DNA from: Hydrolagus colliei
Lineage: Eukaryota
Direction: 5' to 3'
Length of the DNA: 64,000 bases
NCBI GenBank assembly: GCA_035084275.1
Contig: CM068770.1
Coordinates: forward strand, 4,030,001 to 4,094,000
The position numbers and the translations under genes are program-made. The notes beneath the pieces were generated by a model. It had not been told where the DNA came from. It saw only the letters and a program-made list of their open reading frames with translations, and ran no database searches. This document shows positions 36,831 to 47,214 of the stretch, one piece after another. Numbering within the stretch: the stretch's first letter is position 1; every line of letters begins with the position of its first letter.

Positions 36831-37984
36831 GTTCGAAAGGCCGTTGCATCCAATGCGAGGACTGTTTCTATTATAATAATATATAATAATATTCCTTGCG
36901 TTTGATGAAGCGGCTTTTCACATCTTATCGATGTCTCAAAGGGCTTCGCAGAATATACCGTAAAGTGAATTGACTGTATATTTGAGGGCGAAACGCGGCA
37001 GCCAATTGCACACAAACAGTCGTGGATTGAAAATGACCAATATTTATTACTGTAGTTTTTTTGGGGACAGATTATTTCTGAACGTGAGGACATCTTATCT
37101 AGTCTCGTATTCCTTCTGACTCCTTAGTCCCTGTGATTGTCCCTTCTCTCTTACGCAGACCCTCAGGGCTCAACTAGTCTATGTTTTGGTGTGTGTACTC
37201 GAATACGGATGACTTCAATCAGAGGGATCATGTAGAAGAGGGGTAGGGGGTGGGTGGGGGGTCAAGGATGGAGTCTTGGGATACACACACTCATCACCAT
37301 GTAGGGACAGAAGGAGAAACCATTTGTAGAGACAAAATGATGTGGAGACCTTCCCTTCGCCTTGTCCCCATATTTAGTGCCTTGGGACGTCCTCCCAATT
37401 TGAAAGGCGCTGTACTATCTTACAGTATTATTATTCTGCAACTGGATTCCTGTAGCTCAGTGGTCAGAGCACTCGCCTTACAAGTGAGAGAGCTGGGTTC
37501 AATTCTAGGCAGGTCAGGGCGAAACCTCGGGCGAGTATCTTTGCTCCACGTGCCTAATAATAATCCGTCCAAATATAACCTACAATAAAAAATGTATTCA
37601 TCGCGATCCACATCTGTTTGTGGGCGACGCTGCTGATGTGAAGCCATCTCAATAGCAGCAGCAGAAGTTCCAGCACTTTGATTCCCACAGCCCACAGTCG
37701 CAGCAAGAAAAACTACAACTCCCAAGTTGCTTTCTGACAACATTCGCAGCCCTGAACATCGAGGGCTTTCTGTTAGACTGGCCTCTGGTGGATTTCAAGT
37801 GTCATGCGGCACACTTAAAACGATCCATTTAAACCCAGCGAATTACAGCGCCTCGCACTCAAAACGTGATAGCAGCAATCCTTGAATTTGACACAGCTCA
37901 TTATCACGTCATCCAGACGTCCCAAAGCGCTTCGCAAGAATAGACTGTGTGAAGTGAATGGACTTTTGTATTTTGATTCCAAGC

Positions 37985-38180
37985 TCCTCACTCTTGTGTT
38001 CGAATCCCTCCACTCTCCCTCAAATCACCACCCCTACCTCTCTGACCTCCTCTCTCCTCACAACGGCAACCGTTGCATTCGCTCTACCGGGTCTGGCCTC
38101 CTCCTTGTCCCCCCCCGAATCCTCGGAGGCCATGCCTTCAGCCACTACGCCCCCGAGGCTCTGGAACCCCCTCCCAACAT
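37985..38180 (+). mobile_element. L2 LINE ORF2 fragment
   Basis: Encodes HHPYLSDLLSP...IRSTGSGLLLVPPRILGGHAFSHYAP. Confidence 0.8.
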
Positions 38181-39542
38181 TCGCTCTGAAAAGCGCTGTA
38201 TCAAAATGCAAGGATTATTATTGTCCTGGGAGCCAATTTGCATGTGTCGTGTCCTGAACTACTCATATACGTAATTACATACATATGTAAATCCGAAAAT
38301 ATTATTTCCAAAAAGAATTCAGTCTCATTTGCACTTGAAAGCATCAGTTATTTCTGCTTGCTCCGTCTCCCTCGGGAACTCGATCTACAGATTTGACTTG
38401 TACCGATCGTTCCTCGTTGTCCTTTATGCTGATCTGCAGGTTCTCTTAGCTCCTCGCGTGTGGCCCGGGCAACGAGGAGCCAGGGATTGCTTGCCGGCGG
38501 TGGATAAAGTCCAGGAGGTATCTCTCTCCAGTGATTTCAAGTCCTGTCAAGTCCCAATTTCAACCTGGTGAGAAGCAGACTTCGGCTGAGCTTCACTTTT
38601 TCTTGCTGATTTACTCCATCTGGTGGTGAGAGTGTATTTAAAACAAACTGCCACTAATAATAATAATCCTCGCATTTGATTTAGAGCTATTCACGCCCTC
38701 TAGGCGTCTCAAAGCGCTTCACAGAATAGACTGTAAAGTGAACTGACCGTACATTTGTGGACGAAACGCGGCAGCCAATCACGCACAGCAGCGTCCAACA
38801 CAAAGTGACCAATTTATAATATTTTTTCCGAAGGAATTATTAGCCCCGGAAGAATAATCTGCCGGACGACGAACAGCCGGGTTGCTGCTAACCGCTCGGT
38901 AGCCAGAGGGGTGTGGAGTGAGGAACGTTTGTGGGCAAAAGGCTTCACTGGGACATGGCATCCTAGGACAGACCAACACTTGACCATCAGGGAGGTGGAA
39001 GGTGTTACTAGACGGACTTTGATCTTAACTCACTCCTACTGCTTCAGTTGCCTGGTAATTTTCACCTGTCTCCCTATTGCCCTCCTCAGGTGATAAGTCA
39101 CTTGATCAGTCGGTAAATAAAAAAAACGTAACGGAGACAGCTGTGATCGGTGTCTGTATGTATGTGTGTGTGTGTGTTGTGTGTGTGTGTGTGTGTGTTG
39201 TGTGTCTGTGTGTGTGTGTGTGTGTGTTTGTCTAGAGTTTGCTCACCAGATGGTCAGATGGTCGAGGTGACAATTTACAGAGTTTCCCTGGTGATGAGCC
39301 AGTCTGTGGCTCGCCCAACAAACCCATACCATCACATCTGACAAATTAACGTTGCACAGAATGGGTGAAAAGCTCTTTGGCCAATGCGAGGCAGGGCTGA
39401 TGTGGGGTGGTGGGTCTGTGGCCTGCCGGATTCTTAGGTATCTATTTAAAGAGCGAGGGGGCAATGGGGTGGGGGGGGTATGAGTGGGGGGAATGGGACG
39501 AGTTGGTCGATCAATAAAAGAACCAGCATGAAAATATATAAT

Positions 39543-40143
39543 TGTAAGAATACGGCTTTATCCGGTATTTAGAAAGCAATTCTATTTAATGAAGCACAAT
39601 CAATCATTACCCGAGTAACACCACAATACAGCGCTTCAAATAAAACAATACTTCCAGAGGGGTGCTTCTGCTGGATCGGCACCGATCTGGTCTCTCTCTC
39701 TCGAAGACAAGGAAGCCGCCTCTGACTAACACGGTCACTTGTTTATAGTCCACAGTCCGAGTGTCATACACATGATGTTATCGTGGACTCCTCTTGCACA
39801 TCTCGTGGGTGTCACACGTCTCGCCATCCTTTCCCGCACCTTGCCCTGGTTTCTCCGAAGGGCCCCCCCTACCCGATGATTGTGTCATCTGGGTGTCTTC
39901 CTGCCCCATGTACTCATTATTCCTCCATCCGAGGTCTGTTCCTTGTCTGCCCAGTACACAATACACTTATCTCGTGATCACAAAGTCACAACTTCTGCAA
40001 AAACAGGTTACACACGACACAACACTTCTCCACTCGTCCCTGGTTCTATTTTGAATCGTCTGTGGTTTCCACACTCCCCAACGTCTATCTGGCTTCTCCT
40101 TATTCTGCACTTTACCAATTCGCTGGACACTCTAAGTTACGCA
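39543..40143 (-). mobile_element. Possible solo LTR
   Basis: Minus strand shows TATAAAC (about 39745), then ATTAAA (about 39590), then a TTCTTACA end at 39543; no TSD found. Confidence 0.3.
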
Positions 40144-40187
40144 CGTACGCAGTAGCAAAAGCAATGTTAATATAAAATATAAAATCT

Positions 40188-40437
40188 AACAATAATAATC
40201 AATGCATTTTATGTAGCGCTTTTCATGTCTTCTAGACGGCTCAAAGCGCTTCACAGAATATACTGGATTGAAATGACCAATTTTATTATTGCGTGTGTTT
40301 TTGGAGGGATTATTATTAAACGCGTGTGTGTGTGTGGAGTACGGAAACTTGCCCAAGGTTTCGCCCTGACCTGCCTGGATTCGAACACAGGTCTCTCCTG
40401 CTTGTAAGGCAAGTGCTCTAACCACTGAGCTACAGGA
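40188..40437 (-). mobile_element. tRNA-derived SINE, internally deleted
   Basis: Head and tail present; central block missing at CAGAATATACTGGATTGAAATG. Confidence 0.85.
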
Positions 40438-40519
40438 TTATCTAGCGCTCTGAGGTGCTATTACTTGCTATATAAATGCAAGTTGTTGTTGTTGTTCTTA
40501 TTCTTGTTCTGGTCGTAAG

Positions 40520-40602
40520 GTCTGGCTAAAGGGTTAATGAACCGAAAACGTCAACTCATTTCCCACTCTCCATAGATGCTGCCTGACCTGCTGCGTGTTC
40601 CT
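40520..40602 (+). mobile_element. Degenerate Penelope-like terminal fragment
   Basis: GAAAACGTCAACTC...CTCTCCATAGATGCTGCCTGACCTGCTGCGTGTTCC matches the 33768 copy. Confidence 0.6.
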
Positions 40603-40841
40603 GTGTGTGCATAGGAAACAACGCTAACTCAGGACCAGTGGTCAGACACACTTTATTTTTGGGTCGTATACCAACTACATCTCACTCGCTCTTCCTTCCT
40701 GTTTGACACAAAGCCTCTTCCCAGCCACGCACGCGAACTACGGTAATCGCTTTGCACTAGAAGCGGTTCTTAGGCTACAGAACGCAAGCAGAACAATGGA
40801 GATATTTTGAGGAGCTTTGGACTTTTTAACTGAGCGAGGCG

Positions 40842-40890
40842 ATGTGGGTTTTGGCAATCGCTCTCTCTCTGGTGTTGGTGGGTGTGACAG
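40842..40890 (+). CDS. Gene B signal-peptide exon: MWVLAIALSLVLVGVT(G)
   Basis: GCGATG start, 49 nt, phase 1, donor CAG|GTGAGT; ETS-type CTTCCTTCCTG at 40691. Confidence 0.9.
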
Positions 40891-40918
40891 GTGAGTGATA
40901 TTCATACTACATGTTACA

Positions 40919-41062
40919 CGGAGTCCTGCAGCTCAGTGGTCAGAGCACTCACTCGCCTTACAAGCATGAGACCCATGTTCGATTCCAGGCAGGTCAGGGC
41001 GAAACCTTGGGCACGTTTCCATACTCCACACACACACACACACACACACACATCTACTCATA

Positions 41063-41100
<38 letters not shown>

Positions 41101-41330
41101 ACACACACACACACTTAATAATCCATCCCCCAAAAAAACCACAACAATAAAATTATTCATTTCAATCCACGACTGTTTGTAGGGGGGAACGCTGCTGTGC
41201 GCAATTGGCTGCCTGCCACGTTTCACCCACAAATATATATACAGTCAATTCACTTCACAGTATATTCTGTGAAGCGCGTTGAGACACCCAGAAGACATGA
41301 AAAGCACTATAGCAAATGCAAGGATAATTG
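40919..41330 (+). mobile_element. tRNA-derived SINE, full length
   Basis: All modules present; gene B intron 1. Confidence 0.9.
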
Positions 41331-41499
41331 ATATTCTGAAAATACTTTTGCCGTAGTTTCGAACTGTCTGTCAGCACAGTGGCTGAGGATCTCAAACGGA
41401 CCTGGACAATGTCAGGTTTCATGGTGTTTTGTGCTTCAAGACAAAGTAAACACAGTATTTTAATGGACAATCATGTTTAACTTCTAAAATTGTGGTAAT

Positions 41500-41820
41500 A
41501 AACAATCCTTGCATTTGATATAGCGCTTTTCACAGCACGAAAGACCTGTTTTCGCTGTCTCACAGCGCTTCACAGAATATACTGTAAAGTGAATTGACTG
41601 CATAGTTGTGGGCGAAAAGCGGCAGCCGATTGCACACAGCAGTGTCCATCCCCCACAATTAGCTGTAGATGGAAAGAACCAATTTATTATTGTTTTTTTT
41701 TGAGGGATTATTGTCGAGCGTGTGGGGTAAGGAGACTTGCCCCAAGATCTCACACTGCCTGAAATCGAACCTAGGTCTCTCGTGTGTGAAGCCAATGCTC
41801 TAATACTGAACTACATGGCT
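41500..41820 (-). mobile_element. tRNA-derived SINE, diverged full length
   Basis: Inverted partner of the 40919 copy in the same intron. Confidence 0.85.
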
Positions 41821-42108
41821 CCAAACCGTGGCAATAAATGACAATAAACAATCCTTTTATTTGGTGTAAGTGCCTCAAACATCATCATACGATTTACTGT
41901 ACTGTGTAGTGACTGTGCATTTTGTAGTGAAACACAGTAGCCAGATTTGCTGTAAGATTCTACGGTTGTATGATCACGGAACATTGCTGAAGCGTTCTAT
42001 ATTTTATACGATGAACTCGTACCGTAAAAGAGATGGTGAGCGCACAGTAATTAATGTCGCTCATTTCACATCAACATCTCGGCTTCACAGATTGTTTTAT
42101 CTCACCAG

Positions 42109-42429
42109 GTGGTGTGATCCTAGAGGTGACTCAGCCTCGTGAGGTCAGCGTATGGAGAGGGGAATCGGTCACGTTAAACTGTACATTTAGTTACACTGGA
42201 ATTCAAAGTGACTGGATTTTTACACGCTGGTTTCCCAAACCTCGCTTTTTCCTGAAGAATTATGTGTTCTGCACTGAACACACAGAGATTGTTAGCTGTT
42301 GGATAACCGCACAGATTGCAAACGTCTCTCTTGAACAATCTAATACAACATATTACTGTGAGGTCACCATCACAACAGAAAACGGGACTGCGGATAAAAC
42401 AGGAGGAGGGACACGGTTACATGTTTCTG
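42109..42429 (+). CDS. Gene B V-type (germline VJ) exon
   Basis: 321 nt, phase 1 to 1; 311/321 nt identical to the gene A V exon; CTCACCAG acceptor, GTAAAG donor. Confidence 0.93.
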
Positions 42430-43144
42430 GTAAAGTTTCTTTATTATGGTAAATTAGTAACAAGGGCTTATGCTTGATTAGTACACCAACACAGAAGTTC
42501 CACTTGGGTATAGCCTTCAAGTTTTGGGGGAAATATCTGAAATTCAATCTTACTTCTATATTTTTGTTTAAAAAAGACTTACAGTAAGATAGCTCCCAAA
42601 GGCTGAATTTAAGAACTGGTCACAATTCTGCATGGTTACGTGTTGATGGTAAAGTTTTATTTATTATGATAAACTAATATCAAGGGCTTCGGCTTGCTTA
42701 GCACACCAGCAAAACATTATTGAGGTCAGGCTAATGGGGCTATAGCTGATACGTGTGATTCTGTTGCCTTTCTTGAATCACTGGTTAAGCACAGAATAAT
42801 AATGCTAATAATTATAAAAATAATGTTAATAATAATAATATAAGAAGAAAAGGAAGAAAAAATATTACAATCCTGGCATATGATACAATAAATTATCACT
42901 GCCCTTCATAATATATTCCTGTGAAGCGCTTTGCGACACGATTAGACGCTATATCAAATGCAAGGATCATTATTAATTTAGTGTTATCACGTTGTTGAGC
43001 CATCTCAAAGCGCTTCAAACAGTGAACTATAAGGTGGATTGACTGTGTGGTTGGGGGGGGGGGGGGGAGGGTGGGGGGGGGCGACACGGAGAGAATACGT
43101 GTTGCGGAAAGGAGCGTGACGTTCGTTTTGCTTTGACGTTTTAG

Positions 43145-43486
43145 TCCCGGATTCGGCTCCGACCGTCCGGCTTACACAGGGAATATTGAGAGCAGATGTC
43201 AGATCCTTTGTGCGGTGCGAGGCCTGGGGATTCTCTCCTCGAGACATCTCGCTGAGCTGGCAGCACCTAGGACACAGAGTCCCCAGCAACACCCAGGCTC
43301 CTCGGGCTCACAGATACACCAGCAAACTGCTCGAGGGCGACAGCGCGGACGATGGCACCTTCCACATCATCAGTGAACTGTGGTTCATCCCAACCCCCGG
43401 AGATCACCAGACAGACTGCGTGTGTCAAGTCAAACACTCCACAAGCGATGTGCCCCTATACGGACGTATATCACTGAACGTGAAAT
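43145..43486 (+). CDS. Gene B Ig domain 2 exon (C1-set-like)
   Basis: 342 nt, phase 1 to 1; PDSAPTVRL...CEAWGFSPRDISLSW...DDGTFHIISELWF...DHQTDCVCQVKH; GTTTTAG acceptor, GTGAGT donor. Confidence 0.92.
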
Positions 43487-44350
43487 GTGAGTCTGTTACA
43501 GTGCGTTAATCGCGTTTAAATTGATTGGAAGTTCAGCAGTGGTACGTGTACATTGTTTACTCCACAGGCCTACTCATAATCCGTTAAAAAACCCCACAAA
43601 ATTGGTCATTTCAATGCACACTGCCGAGCGCAATTGGCTGTCGCGTTTCGCCCACAAAATATACAGTCAATTCAATTTACAGTATATTCTGTGAAGCGCT
43701 TTGGGACGTCGATAAGACGTGAAAAGCGCTATATCAAATGTAAGGATTATTATTATTATCCCACATCCAATACAGTAGGATTTAGATTTTTTTTGGTGTG
43801 GTTTTAATCAGTTCCTTGGCAGTTAACTCTCACTATAGTAGGTTGACATTCATTCTTCACTGAGAATAGAGTGTGTGTGTGTGTGCATGTGTGAGAGTGA
43901 GTGTGAGGACAGACTGAGTGTGAGAGTGACTGTGAGAGTGATTACCGGAAAAGTTAAAATAAAAGTGCATGTCCCATGCATAAAGTCTCTCAGCATAAAG
44001 GAGTACATCATATAGTACGACCCAGTTAGTATAAATATAAGACAGAGGCAAGAAAAGGGAAAAGAGTGGTTAGGAGAATTCTTTTAACGCACAGACTAAT
44101 TCGGTCATGAAATGTCTTGCCAAGTAAATTGGTGCAGATCAGAATCCATTTGTGGGTTGTGAGTACATTGACGGGTACAAGACAGAGAGAGAGAGAGAGA
44201 GATGGTTGAAGGTGGGGAGAGGGTTGGGGGAATTGGGATCGATTGGGATCCAGGGCAATGGGATTGAATGGACAGAGAATGGGTGCAATGGGTTCGTTCC
44301 TCCCACGCTTGTAAATGTCTACACTTGTCTCTTACGGCTTTTGATTCCAG

Positions 44351-44668
44351 ACGCTCCGCAGCTCTCCGTCGCTTACCGGATCTCGGCGTCCGATCGGCTG
44401 CGGCCGGTGGAGCGAGGGACCCTCGACGTGGCCGAACGCTCGTTCCTGGAGCTGAACTGCACCGCGGACAGCCACCCGGCGTCCACAGTTACCTGGGAGA
44501 GGAAAGACGGCCGCGGCGGAAGCCTCCAGTTCGACACGGCAGTCGGCAGTGTCGTCTGGAGGAGGTCGGAGCTCAAGGCGACGGATGTGGGCATCTTGTG
44601 GTGCAGAGCGGACAATGAATGCGGCACAAGGACAAACTCTGTCGCGGTATATACGTCTCACCCCATTA
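44351..44668 (+). CDS. Gene B Ig domain 3 exon (C2/I-type, Siglec-like)
   Basis: 318 nt, phase 1 to 1; YAPQLSV...VAERSFLELNCTADSHPASTVTW...DVGILWCRADNECG; GATTCCAG acceptor, GTAAGT donor. Confidence 0.92.
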
Positions 44669-45174
44669 GTAAGTGCAGCACAGAGTAAACACAGTCAAAC
44701 GTCTCAGATAGGAAGTCCAGTGCTTAGAGCACTCGCACTTAACGAGGGAGAGAGACCTGGGTTCGTTTCCAGGGCGGGTCAGGGCGAAACCTCGGGCAGC
44801 TTTCCTTGCTCCACACACGCCTGCCAATAATTATTTCTTCTTATTATTATAAATAATGGATTGAAGTGACCCAATTTTTAAATTAAAAAATATATATATT
44901 TAAAGAAAAATAAATTGGTCGCTTCAATCTTTGTGGGACTATCGCGCGCCATCGGCTGCCGCATTTCGCCCACGAATACACACGGTCAATTCACTTTACA
45001 GTTTATTCTGCGAAGACACTTTGAGACACAGTCTAGAAGTGCTATATCAATTGCCGGGGTTCTTATTCATTACAGTTCTACTGTTCGAGGAGCAATTTTC
45101 TCTGCGTGTTAGACGCCCCGCAGTGTTAAACCGTCCACAGAAGCATCTGATAAGGCCTCACGTTGTTTCCACAG

Positions 45175-45258
45175 GTGCTTTCCCTTTTCGTGCCGTGACA
45201 GTCCCCATCTTCCTGGTCACCGTCGCCTTGTTGTTGATCTGGAGCAGGAAGTCCAAAG
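45175..45258 (+). CDS. Gene B transmembrane exon with Arg
   Basis: SAFPFRAVTVPIFLVTVALLLIWSRKSK; TTTCCACAG acceptor, AAAG|GTAAAG donor; Arg codon at 45189-45191. Confidence 0.9.
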
Positions 45259-45427
45259 GTAAAGCTCACTAAAGCATTTTGACACTGAAGCCGATTTTAC
45301 GTTGGGTTTTTAATGCAAGTTGTTGCGTTCAGGCACTCTTCCTCCTACTCCACCCACTCCCCCTGCCCTCCTACCTTTCCCGATCCCGGTGTCCGCTGAT
45401 TCCTATTTGCTCTTGTTCCATTTGCAG

Positions 45428-45452
45428 ATCCGTTTTGCTTCTCCAAATACCG
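45428..45452 (+). CDS. Gene B cytoplasmic micro-exon (25 nt, phase 1 to 2): DPFCFSKYR
   Basis: TCTTGTTCCATTTGCAG acceptor, CG|GTAAGT donor. Confidence 0.78.
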
Positions 45453-45499
45453 GTAAGTCAGGATTTCAGTCTGGCATTTGATACGGTTGTCGGCATCAG

Positions 45500-45630
45500 A
45501 GGAACGTGGAAGGAAATCAAGAACAGTACATTGGGACAGATGGAGATAGTGCAACAGGAAGGACACAGGTTGAAGATTGTCGAGGGCAATTTTAGGACTG
45601 AAACCGCAAAGTTATTCCTTTATTCAGAAC
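45500..45630 (+). mobile_element. Degenerate CR1 ORF2 fragment
   Basis: Encodes GHRLKIVEGNFRTETAKLFL, like the CR1 C-terminal GHRFKI motif. Confidence 0.6.
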
Positions 45631-45635
45631 ACCTT

Positions 45636-46515
45636 CAACAACAACAACAAATTACATTTATAGAGCGCCTTTCACGTCGGGAGGACGTCCCAAGGCGCTG
45701 CACAGGAGGCGTGTGACCCGAGCTGAGAGGGGAGTGTTTGGGAAGGGGTGAGACACGAAGGGGAGGTCGAAAAATTCGGGGTGGAACAAAAGGCACGATC
45801 GAAGAGGAAAGTCTTCAAACCGGCCTTGAAAGAGGAAAGGGAAGAGATGAGACGGAGGGATTGAGGGATGGTATTCCATAGGGTGGGAGCGGAGAAACTG
45901 AAGGCCCGGCCTCCGATGGTGGGGCGGTTCGGGCGGGGGGCTTGGAGCAGGCCAAGTCCTGTTGAACGGAGGGTCCGGGTGGGCGTGTAGGGGGAGAGTA
46001 GATCGGTTAAATAGGGCGGGGCAAGGCCGTGTAAGGCCTTGTAGGTGAGGACGAGGATCTTGAACTCGATCCTCTGGAGGATGGGGAGCCAGTGGAGACG
46101 GGCGAGGGTGGGGGTTATATAGTCGCGGAGGCGGGTGCGGGATAGTACATGGGCTGCAGAGTTTTGAATGACCTGCAGCCTGTGAATGGAGGAACTGGGG
46201 AAGCCGACGAGGAGAGTTTCCATAGCCCAGCCGTGAGGTGATGTACGCGTGCACGAGTGTTTCAGCAGCGCGGGGGGTAAGATAGTTGCGGAGCCTGGCA
46301 ATGTTGCGCAGGTGGAAATAAGCGGTTCCGGTCAAGGCGCGGATGTGGGGGAGGAAAGAGAGTTTTTGATCGAACATGATGCCGAGGTTCCTGATTGGCT
46401 TTGTGAGGTGGAGAGTGCAGCCTTGGATATTGAGACTGGCAGCGCCCGATGTGCGGAGGCGCTGGCTTGAGCCGATCAGGAGGGCCTCGGTCTTACTCAC
46501 GTTCAATTGCAGGGG
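45636..46515 (-). mobile_element. L2 LINE, 5'-truncated, ORF2 C-terminus with a frameshift
   Basis: KTEALLIG...RNLGIMFD.KLSFLPHI...AYFHLRNIARLR / LQVIQNSAAHVL...LHWLPILQRIEFKILVLTYKALHGLAPPYL; complete 3' tail with (GTT)n. Confidence 0.95.
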
Positions 46516-46809
46516 GGGCGTGGGTTTAAAAATTAATCCTTCCCCCAAAAAATGTAAAAATTGGTCACTTCAATCCACGACTGTTTGTGGGACACTGCGC
46601 TCTACGCCTTGTTACGTCTTCCCGACAGGAAAGGCGCTCTATCAATGTAATTTTGTTGTTGTTGCGAATAATTGGTTGCTGTACTTTTCCAGTGTATGTA
46701 TTCTGCGAAGCACTTTGAGACGTCTCGAAGGTGTGATAAGGGTGCAAGGGTGGTGGTTATTGGAATTATTATTGATTAAGGGAGGTTGAGGCCATGAGAT
46801 TATAATGAT

Positions 46810-47050
46810 ACTAATAATCCTTGCGTTTGATATAGCGGCTTTTCACATCTTATCGACATCTCAAAGCTCTTCACAGAATACACTGTAAAGTGAATTCACT
46901 GTATATATATTGGTGGGCGAAACGCGGCAGCCAATTGCGCACAGCAGCGTCCCCCCCCCCCCCCACACAAACAATATTGAAAATATTGGATTGAAAATGA
47001 CCAGTTTTTCTTATCGTGGTATGTTTTGGGGGGACGGATTATTATCAGGC
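46810..47050 (-). mobile_element. tRNA-derived SINE lacking head
   Basis: Central block and tail. Confidence 0.85.
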
Positions 47051-47192
47051 CTTATTTCACAATACGTCCCAATAGATATTATTTCACAATACGTCTGTGT
47101 GATGAGTGGTTAGTAGGGTTTGTGTTCTTCTTCATCCAAGCCAACACTGGGGGAAACGTCCTTGTTGCTCTCCTCTCCTCACTGCCTTGTAG

Positions 47193-47214
47193 GAAGTCCT
47201 CTTGCGCCACATGA
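47193..47214 (+). CDS. Gene B last coding exon: (R)KSSCAT*
   Basis: Strong acceptor CTCTCCTCTCCTCACTGCCTTGTAG; phase 2 fits; total CDS 1161 nt = 386 aa plus stop. Confidence 0.7.

Noticed and set aside
34144-42429. Rearranging Ig/TCR V segments
   Set aside because: The J-like G strand is already in the exon and followed by a splice donor; I found no heptamer/nonamer RSS. Isolated CACAGTG matches (e.g. 55537) lack a nonamer.
34144-45258. Naming the genes SIRP, NCR3, CD22 or SIGLEC
   Set aside because: Each domain points to a different family and I cannot run a phylogeny, so no symbol is assigned.
45658-46548. 296-aa and 209-aa ORFs as host genes
   Set aside because: They are frameshifted, 5'-truncated L2 ORF2.
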